The notes below the pieces were generated by a model. It had not been told where the DNA came from and searched no databases. It saw only the letters and a list, made by a program, of their open reading frames with translations. Shown here piece by piece: positions 26,201 to 41,200 of a stretch of DNA of 64,000 nt (the first letter of the stretch is position 1; each line of letters starts with the position of its first letter). The stretch comes from Perna viridis (lineage: Eukaryota). Where the stretch lies: contig CM074517.1 in assembly GCA_037379345.1 (NCBI GenBank), positions 21,638,001 to 21,702,000 of the forward strand, read 5' to 3'. Position numbers and translations under genes: made by a program.

Positions 26201-29200
26201 ACACTACATACATCAAATAGAACTGATGTGCTAGATTCGTTGACTCGCATACAGACACAAAGTCCACAACTTACTACTATTCAAGCACCAATAGCTACAA
26301 CAAGAAAGAGCCATACGGAACAATTTACAACTGAAACGCAACCCATAACATTTCAAACTCCGGCACCACATACTTTAACAAGACATCAGGAAACTCCATC
26401 GTCAACTGGAACGCAGACACAAACTTCATCTGTTTCAACTCAGAAACTACCAACGTCACATTTAACTGACACCCAAACTGTATTGACTACAACAGATCAA
26501 CCAAATGTTCATGGAAATACAGAGTTAATTTCTAAGTCAATTGGAGATCAGACATTGACAGGATCTATGAAAACTGGGAAACCGCGTAAGACAACAACAA
26601 TGCATACGCCATCTAAGTCAAGAGGCACAAGAAGTCAAACAGAAACAACATCTAATGAAACTCGGACTTCACTGACAACATCTGGGACTCAATCCCCACC
26701 ATCTACATTTAGAAGTCACATAAATACTTCATCTAGTAGAACTTCCACTGTATCGAAACCAACAGGAACTCGGACGCCACCTACATCGCCAAAATCACAT
26801 ACTGGTGAATCCACTCCATCTGATGAACTGAAGAAACAAACAAAAGCTAGGAGAACTCGACAACCACATAAGCCAACAAAAACTGAGACACCTAGTATAT
26901 CTACGAGATCTGAGACTCCAACTATATTGACTAGAACTCAGACATCGCGTCAATCATATACTATAATTCAAAAACAGATTACAAGAACTACCAGTCAGAC
27001 ATCATCCTCTAAAAATACTCCAAAACTGCCTACGGCGACATCAGATGATACACTACATACATCAAATAGAACTGATGTGCTAGATTCGTTGACTCGCATA
27101 CAGACACAAAGTCCACAACTTACTACTATTCAAGCACCAATAGCTACAACAAGAAAGAGCCATACGGAACGATTTACAACTGAAACGCAACCCATAACAT
27201 TTCAAACTCCGCCACCACATACTTTAACAAGACATCAGGAAACTCCATCGTCAACTGGAACGCAGACACAAACTTCATCTGTTTCAACTCAGAAACTACC
27301 AACGTCACATTTAACTGACACCCAAACTGTATTGACTACAACAGATCAACCAAATGTTCATGGAAATACAGAGTTAATTTCTAAGTCAATTGGAGATCAG
27401 ACATTGACAGGATCTATGAAAACTGGGAAACCGCGTAAGACAACAACAATGCATACGCCATCTAAGTCAAGAGGCACAAGAAGTCAAACAGAAACAACAT
27501 CTAATGAAACTCGGACTTCACTGACAACATCTGGGACTCAATCCCCACCATCTACATTTAGAAGTCACATAAATACTTCATCTAGTAGAACTTCCACTGT
27601 ATCGAAACCAACAGGAACTCGGACGCCACCTACATCGCCAAAATCACATACTGGTGAATCCACTCCATCTGATGAACTGAAGAAACAAACAAAAGCTAGG
27701 AGAACTCGACAACCACATAAGCCAACAAAAGCTGAGACACCTAGTAAGTCTACGAGATCTGAGACTCCAACTATATTGACTAGAACTCAGACATCGCGTC
27801 AACCATATACTGAAATTCAAAAACAGATTACAAGAACTACCAGTCAGACATCATCCTCTAAAAATACTCCAAAACTGCCTACGGCGACATCAGATGATAC
27901 ACTACATACATCAAATAGAACTGATGTGCTAGATTCGTTGACTCGCATACAGACACAAAGTCCACAACTTACTACTATTCAAGCACCAATACCTACAGCA
28001 AGAAAGAGCCATACGGAACGATTTACAACTGAAACGCAACCCATAACATTTCAAACTCCGGCACCACATACTTTAACAAGAAATCAGGAAACTCCATCGT
28101 CAACTGGAACGCAGACACAAACTTCATCTGTTTCAACTCAGAAACTACCAACGTCACATTTAACTGACACCCAAACTATATTGACTACAACAGATCAACC
28201 AAATGTTCATGGAAATACAGAGTTAATTTCTAAATCAATTGGAGATCAGACATTGACAGGATCTATGAAAACTGGGAAACCGCGTAAGACAACAACAATG
28301 CATACGCCATCTAAGTCAAGAGGCACAAGAAGTCAAACAGAAACAACATCTAATGAAACTCGGACTTCACTGACAACATCTGGGACTCAATCCCCACCAT
28401 CTACATTTAGAAGTCACATAAATACTTCATCTAGTAGAACTTCCACTGTATCGAAACCAACAGGAACTCGGACGCCACCTACATCGCCAAAATCACATAC
28501 TGGTGAATCCACTCCATCTGATGAACTGAAGAAACAAACAAAAGCTAGGAGAACTCGACAACCACATAAGCCAACAAAAACTGAGACACCTAGTATATCT
28601 ACGAGATCTGAGACTCCAACTATATTGACTAGAACTCAGACATCGCGTCAACCATATACTACAATTCAAAAACAGATTACAAGATCTACCAGTCAGACAT
28701 CATCCTCTAAAAATACTCCAAAACTGCCTACGGCGACATCAGATGATACACTACATACATCAAATAGAACTGATGTGCTAGATTCGTTGACTCGCATACA
28801 GACACAAAGTCCACAACTTACTACTATTCAAGCACCAATAGCTACAACAAGAAAGAGCCATACGGAACGATTTACAACTGAAACGCAACCCATAACATTT
28901 CAAACTCCGCCACCACATACTTTAACAAGACATCAGGAAACTCCATCGTCAACTGGAACGCAGACACAAACTTCATCTGTTTCAACTCAGAAACTAGCAA
29001 CGTCACATTTAACTGACACCCAAACTGTATTGACTACAACAGATCAACCAAATGTTCATGGAAATACAGAATTAATTTCTAAGTCAATTGGAGATCAGAC
29101 ATTGACAGGATTTATGAAAACTGGGAAACCGCGTAAGACAACAACAATGCATACGCCATCTAAGTCAAGAGGCACAAGAAGTCAAACAGAAACAACATCT

Positions 29201-32200
29201 AATGAAACTCGGACTTCACTGACAACATCTGGGACTCAATCCCCACCATCTACATTTAGAAGTCACATAAATACTTCATCTAGTAGAACTTCCACTGTAT
29301 CGAAACCAACAGGAACTCGGACGCCACCTACATCGCCAAAATCACATACTGGTGAATCCACTCCATCTGATGAACTGAAGAAACAAACAAAAGCTAGGAG
29401 AACTCGACAACCACATAAGCCAACAAAAACTGAGACACCTAGTATATCTACGAGATCTGAGACTCCAACTATATTGACTAGAACTCAGACATCGCGTCAA
29501 CCATATACTACAATTCAAAAACAGATTACAAGATCTACCAGTCAGACATCATCCTCTAAAAATACTCCAAAACTGCCTACGGCGACATCAGATGATACAC
29601 TACATACATCAAATAGAACTGATGTGCTAGATTCGTTGACTCGCATACAGACACAAAGTCCACAACTTACTACTATTCAAGCACCAATAGCTACAACAAG
29701 AAAGAGCCATACGGAAAGTTTTACAACTGAAACGCAACCCATAACATTTCAAACTCCAGCACCACATACTTTAACAAGAAATCAGGAAACTCCATCGTCA
29801 ACTGGAACGCAGACACAAACTTCATCTGTTTCAACTCAGAAACTACCAACGTCACATTTAACTGACACCCAAACTGTATTGACTACAACAGATCAACCAA
29901 ATGTTCATGGAAATACAGAATTAATTTCTAAGTCAATTGGAGATCAGACATTGACAGGATCTATGAAAACTGGGAAACCGCGTAAGACAACAACAATGCA
30001 TACGCCATCTAAGTCAAGAGGCACAAGAAGTCAAACAGAAACAACATCTAATGAAACTCGGACTTCACTGACAAAATCTGGGACTCAATCCCCACCATCT
30101 ACATTTAGAAGTCACATAAATACTTCATCTAGTAGAACTTCCACTGTATCGAAACGCACAGGAACTCGGACGCCACCTACATCGCCAAAATCACATACTG
30201 GTGAATCCACTCCATCTGATGAACTGAAGAAACAAACAAAAGCTAGGAGAACTCGACAACCACATAAGCCAACAAAAACTGAGACACCTAGTATATCTAC
30301 GAGATCTGAGACTCCAACTATATTGACTAGAACTCAGACATCGCGTCAACCATATACTACAATTCAAAAACAGATTACAAGAACTACCAGTCAGACATCA
30401 TCCTCTAAAAATACTCCAAAACTGCCTACGGCAACATCAGATGATACACTACATACATCAAATAGAACTGATGTGCTAGATTCGTTGACTCGCATACAGA
30501 CACAAAGTCCACAACTTACTCCTATTCAAGCACCAATAGCTACAACAAGAAAGAGCCATACGGAACGATTTACAACTGAAACGCAACCCATAACATTTCA
30601 AACTCCGGCACCACATACTTTAACAAGAAATCAGGAAACTCCATCGTCAACTGGAACGCAGACACAAACTTCATCTGTTTCAACTCAGAAACTACCAACG
30701 TCACATTTAACTGACACCCAAACTGTATTGACTACAACAGATCAACCAAATGTTCATGGAAATACAGAATTAATTTCTAAGTCAATTGGAGATCAGACAT
30801 TGACAGGATTTATGAAAACTGGGAAACCGCGTAAGACAACAGCAATGCATACGCCATCTAAGTCAAGAGGCACAAGAAGTCAAACAGAAACAACATCTAA
30901 TGAAACTCGGACTTCACTGACAACATCTGGGACTCAATCCCCACCATCTACATTTAGAAGTCACATAAATACTTCATCTAGTAGAACTTCCACTGTATCG
31001 AAACGCACAGGAACTCGGACGCCACCTACATCGCCAAAATCACATACTGATGAATCCACTCCATCTGATGAACTGAAGAAACAAACAAAAGCTAGGAGAA
31101 CTCGACAACCACATAAGCCAACAAAAACTGAGACACCTAGTATATCTACGAGATCTGAGACTCCAACTATATTGACTAGAACTCAGACATCGCGTCAACC
31201 ATATACTACAATTCAAAAACAGATTACAAGATCTACCAGTCAGACATCATCCTCTAAAAATACTCCAAAACTGCCTACGGCGACATCAGATGATACACTA
31301 CATACATCAAATAGAACTGATGTGCTAGATTCGTTGACTCGCATACAGACACAAAGTCCACAACTTACTACTATTCAAGCACCAATAGCTACAACAAGAA
31401 AGAGCCATACGGAACGATTTACAACTGAAACGCAACCCATAACATTTCAAACTCCGGCACCACATACTTTAACAAGAAATCAGGAAACTCCATCGTCAAC
31501 TGGAACGCAGACACAAACTTCATCTGTTTCAACTCAGAAACTACCAACGTCACATTTAACTGACACCCAAACTGTATTGACTACAACAGATCAACCAAAT
31601 GTTCATGGAAATACAGAATTAATTTCTAAGTCAATTGGAGATCAGACATTGACAGGATTTATGAAAACTGGGAAACCGCGTAAGACAACAGCAATGCATA
31701 CGCCATCGAAGTCAAGAGGCACAAGAAGTCAAACAGAAACAACATCTAATGAAACTCGGACTTCACTGACAACATCTGGGACTCAATCCCCACCATCTAC
31801 ATTTAGAAGTCACATAAATACTTCATCTAGTAGAACTTCCACTGTATCGAAACGCACAGGAACTCGGACGCCACCTACATCGCCAAAATCACATACTGGT
31901 GAATCCACTCCATCTGATGAACTGAAGAAACAAACAAAAGCTAGGAGAACTCGACAACCACATAAGCCAACAAAAACTGAGACACCTAGTATATCTACGA
32001 GATCTGAGACTCCAACTATATTGACTAGAACTCAGACATCGCGTCAACCATATACTACAATTCAAAAACAGATTACAAGATCTACCAGTCAGACATCATC
32101 CTCTAAAAATACTCCAAAACTGCCTACGGCGACATCAGATGATACACTACATACATCAAATAGAACTGATGTGCTAGATTCGTTGACTCGCATACAGACA

Positions 32201-35200
32201 CAAAGTCCACAACTTACTCCTATTCAAGCACCAAAAGCTACAACAAGAAAGAGCCATACGGAACGATTTACAACTGAAACGCAACCCATAACATTTCAAA
32301 CTCCGGCACCACATACTTTAACAAGAAATCAGGAAACTCAATCGTCAACTGGAACGCAGACACAAACTTCATCTGTTTCAACTCAGAAACTACCAACGTC
32401 ACATTTAACTGACACCCAAACTGTATTGACTACAACAGATCAACCAAATGTTCATGGAAATACAGAATTAATTTCTAAGTCAATTGGAGATCAGACATTG
32501 ACAGGATTTATGAAAACTGGGAAACCGCGTAAGACAACAATAATGCATACGCCATCTAAGTCAAGAGGCACAAGAAGTCAAACAGAAACAACATCTAATG
32601 AAACTCGGACTTCACTGACAACATCTGGGACTCAATCCCCACCATCTACATTTAGAAGTCACATAAATACTTCATCTAGTAGAACTTCCACTGTATCGAA
32701 ACGCACAGGAACTCGGACGCCACCTACATCGCCAAAATCACATACTGGTGAATCCACTCCATCTGATGAACTGAAGAAACAAACAAAAGCTAGGAGAACT
32801 CGACAACCACATAAGTCAACAAAAACTGAGACACCTAGTATATCTACGAGATCTGAGACTCCAACTATATTGACTAGAACTCAGACATCGCGTCAACCAT
32901 ATACTACAATTCAAAAACAGATTACAAGAACTACCAGTCAGACATCATCCTCTAAAAATACTCCAAAACTGCCTACGGCGACATCAGATGATACACTACA
33001 TACATCAAATAGAACTGATGTGCTAGATTCGTTGACTCGCATACAGACACAAAGTCCACAACTTACTACTATTCAAGCACCAAAAGCTACAACAAGAAAG
33101 AGCCATACGGAACGATTTACAACTGAAACGCAACCCATAACATTTCAAACTCCGGCACCACATACTTTAACAAGAAATCAGGAAACTCCATCGTCAACTG
33201 GAACGCAGACACAAACTTCATCTGTTTCAACTCAGAAACTACCAACGTCACATTTAACTGACACCCAAACTGTATTGACTACAACAGATCAACCAAATGT
33301 TCATGGAAATACAGAATTAATTTCTAAGTCAATTGGAGATCAGACATTGACAGGATCTATGAAAACTGGGAAACCGCGTAAGACAACAACAATGCATACG
33401 CCATCTAAGTCAAGAGGCACAAGAAGTCAAACAGAAACAACATCTAATGAAACTCGGACTTCACTGACAACATCTGGGACTCAATCCCCACCATCTACAT
33501 TTAGCAGTCACATAAATACTTCATCTAGTAGAACTTCCACTGTATCGAAACCAACAGGAACTCGGACGCCACCTACATCGCCAAAATCACATACTGGTGA
33601 ATCCACTCCATCTGATGAACTGAAGAAACAAACAAAAGCTAGGAGAACTCGACAACCACATAAGCCAACAAAAACTGAGACACCTAGTATATCTACGAGA
33701 TCTGAGACTCCAACTATATTGACTAGAACTCAGACATCGCGTCAACCATATACTACAATTCAAAAACAGATTACAAGATCTACCAGTCAGACATCATCCT
33801 CTAAAAATACTCCAAAACTGCCTACGGCGACATCAGATGATACACTACATACATCAAATAGAACTGATGTGCTAGATTCGTTGACTCGCATACAGACACA
33901 AAGTCCACAACTTACTACTATTCAAGCACCAAAAGCTACAACAAGAAAGAGCCATACGGAACGATTTACAACTGAAACGCAACCCATAACATTTCAAACT
34001 CCGGCACCACATACTTTAACAAGAAATCAGGAAACTCCATCGTCAACTGGAACGCAGACACAAACTTCATCTGTTTCAACTCAGAAACTACCAACGTCAC
34101 ATTTAACTGACACCCAAACTGTATTGACTACAACAGATCAACCAAATGTTCATGGAAATACAGAATTAATTTCTAAGTCAATTGGAGATCAGACATTGAC
34201 AGGATCTATGAAAACTGGGAAACCGCGTAAGACAACAACAATGCATACGCCATCTAAGTCAAGAGGCACAAGAAGTCAAACAGAAACAACATCTAATGAA
34301 ACTCGGACTTCACTGACAACATCTGGGACTCAATCCCCACCATCTACATTTAGAAGTCACATAAATACTTCATCTAGTAGAACTTCCACTGTATCGAAAC
34401 CAACAGGAACTCGGACGCCACCTACATCGCCAAAATCACATACTGGTGAATCCACTCCATCTGATGAACTGAAGAAACAAACAAAAGCTAGGAGAACTCG
34501 ACAACCACATAAGCCAACAAAAACTGAGACACCTAGTATATCTACGAGATCTGAGACTCCAACTATATTGACTAGAACTCAGACATCGCGTCAACCATAT
34601 ACTACAATTCAAAAACAGATTACAAGAACTACCAGTCAGACATCATCCTCTAAAAATACTCCAAAACTGCCTACGGCGACATCAGATGATACACTACATA
34701 CATCAAATAGAACTGATGTGCTAGATTCGTTGACTCGCATACAGACACAAAGTCCACAACTTACTACTATTCAAGCACCAAAAGCTACAACAAGAAAGAG
34801 CCATACGGAACGATTTACAACTGAAACGCAACCCATAACATTTCAAACTCCGGCACCACATACTTTAACAAGAAATCAGGAAACTCCATCGTCAACTGGA
34901 ACGCAGACACAAACTTCATCTGTTTCAACTCAGAAACTACCAACGTCACATTTAACTGACACCCAAACTGTATTGACTACAACAGATCAACCAAATGTTC
35001 ATGGAAATACAGAATTAATTTCTAAGTCAATTGGAGATCAGACATTGACAGGATCTATGAAAACTGGGAAACCGCGTAAGACAACAACAATGCATACGCC
35101 ATCTAAGTCAAGAGGCACAAGAAGTCAAACAGAAACAACATCTAATGAAACTCGGACTTCACTGACAACATCTGGGACTCAATCCCCACCATCTACATTT

Positions 35201-38200
35201 AGAAGTCACATAAATACTTCATCTAGTAGAACTTCCACTGTATCGAAACCAACAGGAACTCGGACGCCACCTACATCGCCAAAATCACATACTGGTGAAT
35301 CCACTCCATCTGATGAACTGAAGAAACAAACAAAAGCTAGGAGAACTCGACAACCACATAAGCCAACAAAAACTGAGACACCTAGTATATCTACGAGATC
35401 TGAGACTCCAACTATATTGACTAGAACTCAGACATCGCGTCAACCATATACTATAATTCAAAAACAGATTACAAGAACTACCAGTCAGACATCATCCTCT
35501 AAAAATACTCCAAAACTGCCTACGGCGACATCAGATGATACACTACATACATCAAATAGAACTGATGTGCTAGATTCGTTGACTCGCATACAGACACAAA
35601 GTCCACAACTTACTACTATTCAAGCACCAATAGCTACAACAAGAAAGAGCCATACGGAACGATTTACAACTGAAACGCAACCCATAACATTTCAAACTCC
35701 GGCACCACATACTTTAACAAGAAATCAGGAAACTCAATCGTCAACTGGAACGCAGACACAAACTTCATCTGTTTCAACTCAGAAACTACCAACGTCACAT
35801 TTAACTGACACCCAAACTGTATTGACTACAACAGATCAACCAAATGTTCATGGAAATACAGAATTAATTTCTAAGTCAATTGGAGATCAGACATTGACAG
35901 GATCTATGAAAACTGGGAAACCGCGTAAGACAACAACAATGCATACGCCATCTAAGTCAAGAGGCACAAGAAGTCAAACAGAAACAACATTTAATGAAAC
36001 TCGGACTTCACTGACAACATCTGGGACTCAATCCCCACCATCTACATTTAGAAGTCACATAAATACTTCATCTAGTAGAACTTCCACTGTATCGAAACCA
36101 ACAGGAACTCGGACGCCACCTACATCGCCAAAATCACATACTGGTGAATCCACTCCATCTGATGAACTGAAGAAACAAACAAAAGCTAGGAGAACTCGAC
36201 AACCACATAAGCCAACAAAAACTGAGACACCTAGTATATCTACGAGATCTGAGACTCCAACTATATTGACTAGAACTCAGACATCGCGTCAACCATATAC
36301 TACAATTCAAAAACAGATTACAAGATCTACCAGTCAGACATCATCCTCTAAAAATACTCCAAAACTGCCTACGGCGACATCAGATGATACACTACATACA
36401 TCAAATAGAACTGATGTGCTAGATTCGTTGACTCGCATACAGACACAAAGTCCACAACTTACTACTATTCAAGCACCAATAGCTACAACAAGAAAGAGCC
36501 ATACGGAACGATTTACAACTGAAACGCAACCCATAACATTTCAAACTCCGGCACCACATACTTTAACAAGAAATCAGGAAACTCCATCGTCAACTGGAAC
36601 GCAGACACAAACTTCATCTGTTTCAACTCAGAAACTACCAACGTCACATTTAACTGACACCCAAACTGTATTGACTACAACAGATCAACCACATGTTCAT
36701 GGAAATACAGAATTAATTTCTAAGTCAATTGGAGATCAGACATTGACAGGATCTATGAAAACTGGGAAACCGCGTAAGACAACAACAATGCATACGCCAT
36801 CTAAGTCAAAAGGCACAAGAAGTCAAACAGAAACAACATCTAATGAAACTCGGACTTCACTGACAACATCTGGGACTCAATCCCCACCATCTACATTTAG
36901 AAGTCACATAAATACTTCATCTAGTAGAACTTCCACTGTATCGAAACCAACAGGAACTCGGACGCCACCTACATCGCCAAAATCACATACTGGTGAATCC
37001 ACTCCATCTGATGAACTGAAGAAACAAACAAAAGCTAGGAGAACTCGACAACCACATAAGCCAACAAAAACTGAGACACCTAGTATATCTACGAGATCTG
37101 AGACTCCAACTATATTGACTAGAACTCAGACATCGCGTCAACCATATACTACAATTCAAAAACAGATTACAAGAACTACCAGTCAGACATCATCCTCTAA
37201 AAATACTCCAAAACTGCCTACGGCGACATCAGATGATACACTACATACATCAAATAGAACTGATGTGCTAGATTCGTTGACTCGCATACAGACACAAAGT
37301 CCACAACTTACTACTATTCAAGCACCAAAAGCTACAACAAGAAAGAGCCATACGGAACGATTTACAACTGAAACGCAACCCATAACATTTCAAACTCCGG
37401 CACCACATACTTTAACAAGAAATCAGGAAACTCCATCGTCAACTGGAACGCAGACACAAACTTCATCTGTTTCAACTCAGAAACTACCAACGTCACATTT
37501 AACTGACACCCAAACTGTATTGACTACAACAGATCAACCAAATGTTCATGGAAATACAGAATTAATTTCTAAGTCAATTGGAGATCAGACATTGACAGGA
37601 TCTATGAAAACTGGGAAACCGCGTAAGACAACAACAATGCATACGCCATCTAAGTCAAGAGGCACAAGAAGTCAAACAGAAACAACATCTAATGAAACTC
37701 GGACTTCACTGACAACATCTGGGACTCAATCCCCACCATCTACATTTAGAAGTCACATAAATACTTCATCTAGTAGAACTTCCACTGTATCGAAACCAAC
37801 AGGAACTCGGACGCCACCTACATCGCCAAAATCACATACTGGTGAATCCACTCCATCTGATGAACTGAAGAAACAAACAAAAGCTAGGAGAACTCGACAA
37901 CCACATAAGCCAACAAAAACTGAGACACCTAGTATATCTACGAGATCTGAGACTCCAACTATATTGACTAGAACTCAGACATCGCGTCAACCATATACTA
38001 TAATTCAAAAACAGATTACAAGAACTACCAGTCAGACATCATCCTCTAAAAATACTCCAAAACTGCCTACGGCGACATCAGATGATACACTACATACATC
38101 AAATAGAACTGATGTGCTAGATTCGTTGACTCGCATACAGACACAAAGTCCACAACTTACTACTATTCAAGCACCAATAGCTACAACAAGAAAGAGCCAT

Positions 38201-41200
38201 ACGGAACGATTTACAACTGAAACGCAACCCATAACATTTCAAACTCCGGCACCACATACTTTAACAAGAAATCAGGAAACTCCATCGTCAACTGGAACGC
38301 AGACACAAACTTCATCTGTTTCAACTCAGAAACTACCAACGTCACATTTAACTGACACCCAAACTGTATTGACTACAACAGATCAACCAAATGTTCATGG
38401 AAATACAGAATTAATTTCTAAGTCAATTGGAGATCAGACATTGACAGGATCTATGAAAACTGGGAAACCGCGTAAGACAACAACAATGCATACGCCATCT
38501 AAGTCAAGAGGCACAAGAAGTCAAACAGAAACAACATTTAATGAAACTCGGACTTCACTGACAACATCTGGGACTCAATCCCCACCATCTACATTTAGAA
38601 GTCACATAAATACTTCATCTAGTAGAACTTCCACTGTATCGAAACCAACAGGAACTCGGACGCCACCTACATCGCCAAAATCACATACTGGTGAATCCAC
38701 TCCATCTGATGAACTGAAGAAACAAACAAAAGCTAGGAGAACTCGACAACCACATAAGCCAACAAAAACTGAGACACCTAGTATATCTACGAGATCTGAG
38801 ACTCCAACTATATTGACTAGAACTCAGACATCGCGTCAACCATATACTACAATTCAAAAACAGATTACAAGATCTACCAGTCAGACATCATCCTCTAAAA
38901 ATACTCCAAAACTGCCTACGGCGACATCAGATGATACACTACATACATCAAATAGAACTGATGTGCTAGATTCGTTGACTCGCATACAGACACAAAGTCC
39001 ACAACTTACTACTATTCAAGCACCAATAGCTACAACAAGAAAGAGCCATACGGAACGATTTACAACTGAAACGCAACCCATAACATTTCAAACTCCGGCA
39101 CCACATACTTTAACAAGAAATCAGGAAACTCCATCGTCAACTGGAACGCAGACACAAACTTCATCTGTTTCAACTCAGAAACTACCAACGTCACATTTAA
39201 CTGACACCCAAACTGTATTGACTACAACAGATCAACCAAATGTTCATGGAAATACAGAATTAATTTCTAAGTCAATTGGAGATCAGACATTGACAGGATC
39301 TATGAAAACTGGGAAACCGCGTAAGACAACAACAATGCATACGCCATCTAAGTCAAGAGGCACAAGAAGTCAAACAGAAACAACATTTAATGAAACTCGG
39401 ACTTCACTGACATCTGGGACTCAATCCCCACCATCTACATTTAGAAGTCACATAAATACTTCATCTAGTAGAACTTCCACTGTATCGAAACCAACAGGAA
39501 CTCGGACGCCACCTACATCGCCAAAATCACATACTGGTGAATCCACTCCATCTGATGAACTGAAGAAACAAACAAAAGCTAGGAGAACTCGACAACCACA
39601 TAAGCCAACAAAAACTGAGACACCTAGTATATCTACGAGATCTGAGACTCCAACTATATTGACTAGAACTCAGACATCGCGTCAACCATATACTACAATT
39701 CAAAAACAGATTACAAGATCTACCAGTCAGACATCATCCTCTAAAAATACTCCAAAACTGCCTACGGCGACATCAGATGATACACTACATACATCAAATA
39801 GAACTGATGTGCTAGATTCGTTGACTCGCATACAGACACAAAGTCCACAACTTACTACTATTCAAGCACCAATAGCTACAACAAGAAAGAGCCATACGGA
39901 ACGATTTACAACTGAAACGCAACCCATAACATTTCAAACTCCGGCACCACATACTTTAACAAGAAATCAGGAAACTCCATCGTCAACTGGAACGCAGACA
40001 CAAACTTCATCTGTTTCAACTCAGAAACTACCAACGTCACATTTAACTGACACCCAAACTGTATTGACTACAACAGATCAACCACATGTTCATGGAAATA
40101 CAGAATTAATTTCTAAGTCAATTGGAGATCAGACATTGACAGGATTTATGAAAACTGGGAAACCGCGTAAGACAACAATAATGCATACGCCATCTAAGTC
40201 AAGAGGCACAAGAAGTCAAACAGAAACAACATCTAATGAAACTCGGACTTCACTGACAACATCTGGGACTCAATCCCCACCATCTACATTTAGAAGTCAC
40301 ATAAATACTTCATCTAGTAGAACTTCCACTGTATCGAAACCAACAGGAACTCGGACGCCACCTACATCGCCAAAATCACATACTGGTGAATCCACTCCAT
40401 CTGATGAACTGAAGAAACAAACAAAAGCTAGGAGAACTCGACAACCACATAAGCCAACAAAAACTGAGACACCTAGTATATCTACGAGATCTGAGACTCC
40501 AACTATATTGACTAGAACTCAGACATCGCGTCAACCATATACTACAATTCAAAGACAGATTACAAGAACTACCAGTCAGACATCATCCTCTAAAAATACT
40601 CCAAAACTGCCTACGGCGACATCAGATGATACACTACATACATCAAATAGAACTGATGTGCTAGATTCGTTGACTCGCATACAGACACAAAGTCCACAAC
40701 TTACTACTATTCAAGCACCAAAAGCTACAACAAGAAAGAGCCATACGGAACGATTTACAACTGAAACGCAACCCATAACATTTCAAACTCCGGCACCACA
40801 TACTTTAACAAGAAATCAGGAAACTCCATCGTCAACTGGAACGCAGACACAAACTTCATCTGTTTCAACTCAGAAACTACCAACGTCACATTTAACTGAC
40901 ACCCAAACTGTATTGACTACAACAGATCAACCAAATGTTCATGGAAATACAGAATTAATTTCTAAGTCAATTGGAGATCAGACATTGACAGGATTTATGA
41001 AAACTGGGAAACCGCGTAAGACAACAACAATGCATACGCCATCTAAGTCAAGAGGCACAAGAAGTCAAACAGAAACAACATCTAATGAAACTCGGACTTC
41101 ACTGACAACATCTGGGACTCAATCCCCACCATCTACATTTAGAAGTCACATAAATACTTCATCTAGTAGAACTTCCACTGTATCGAAACCAACAGGAACT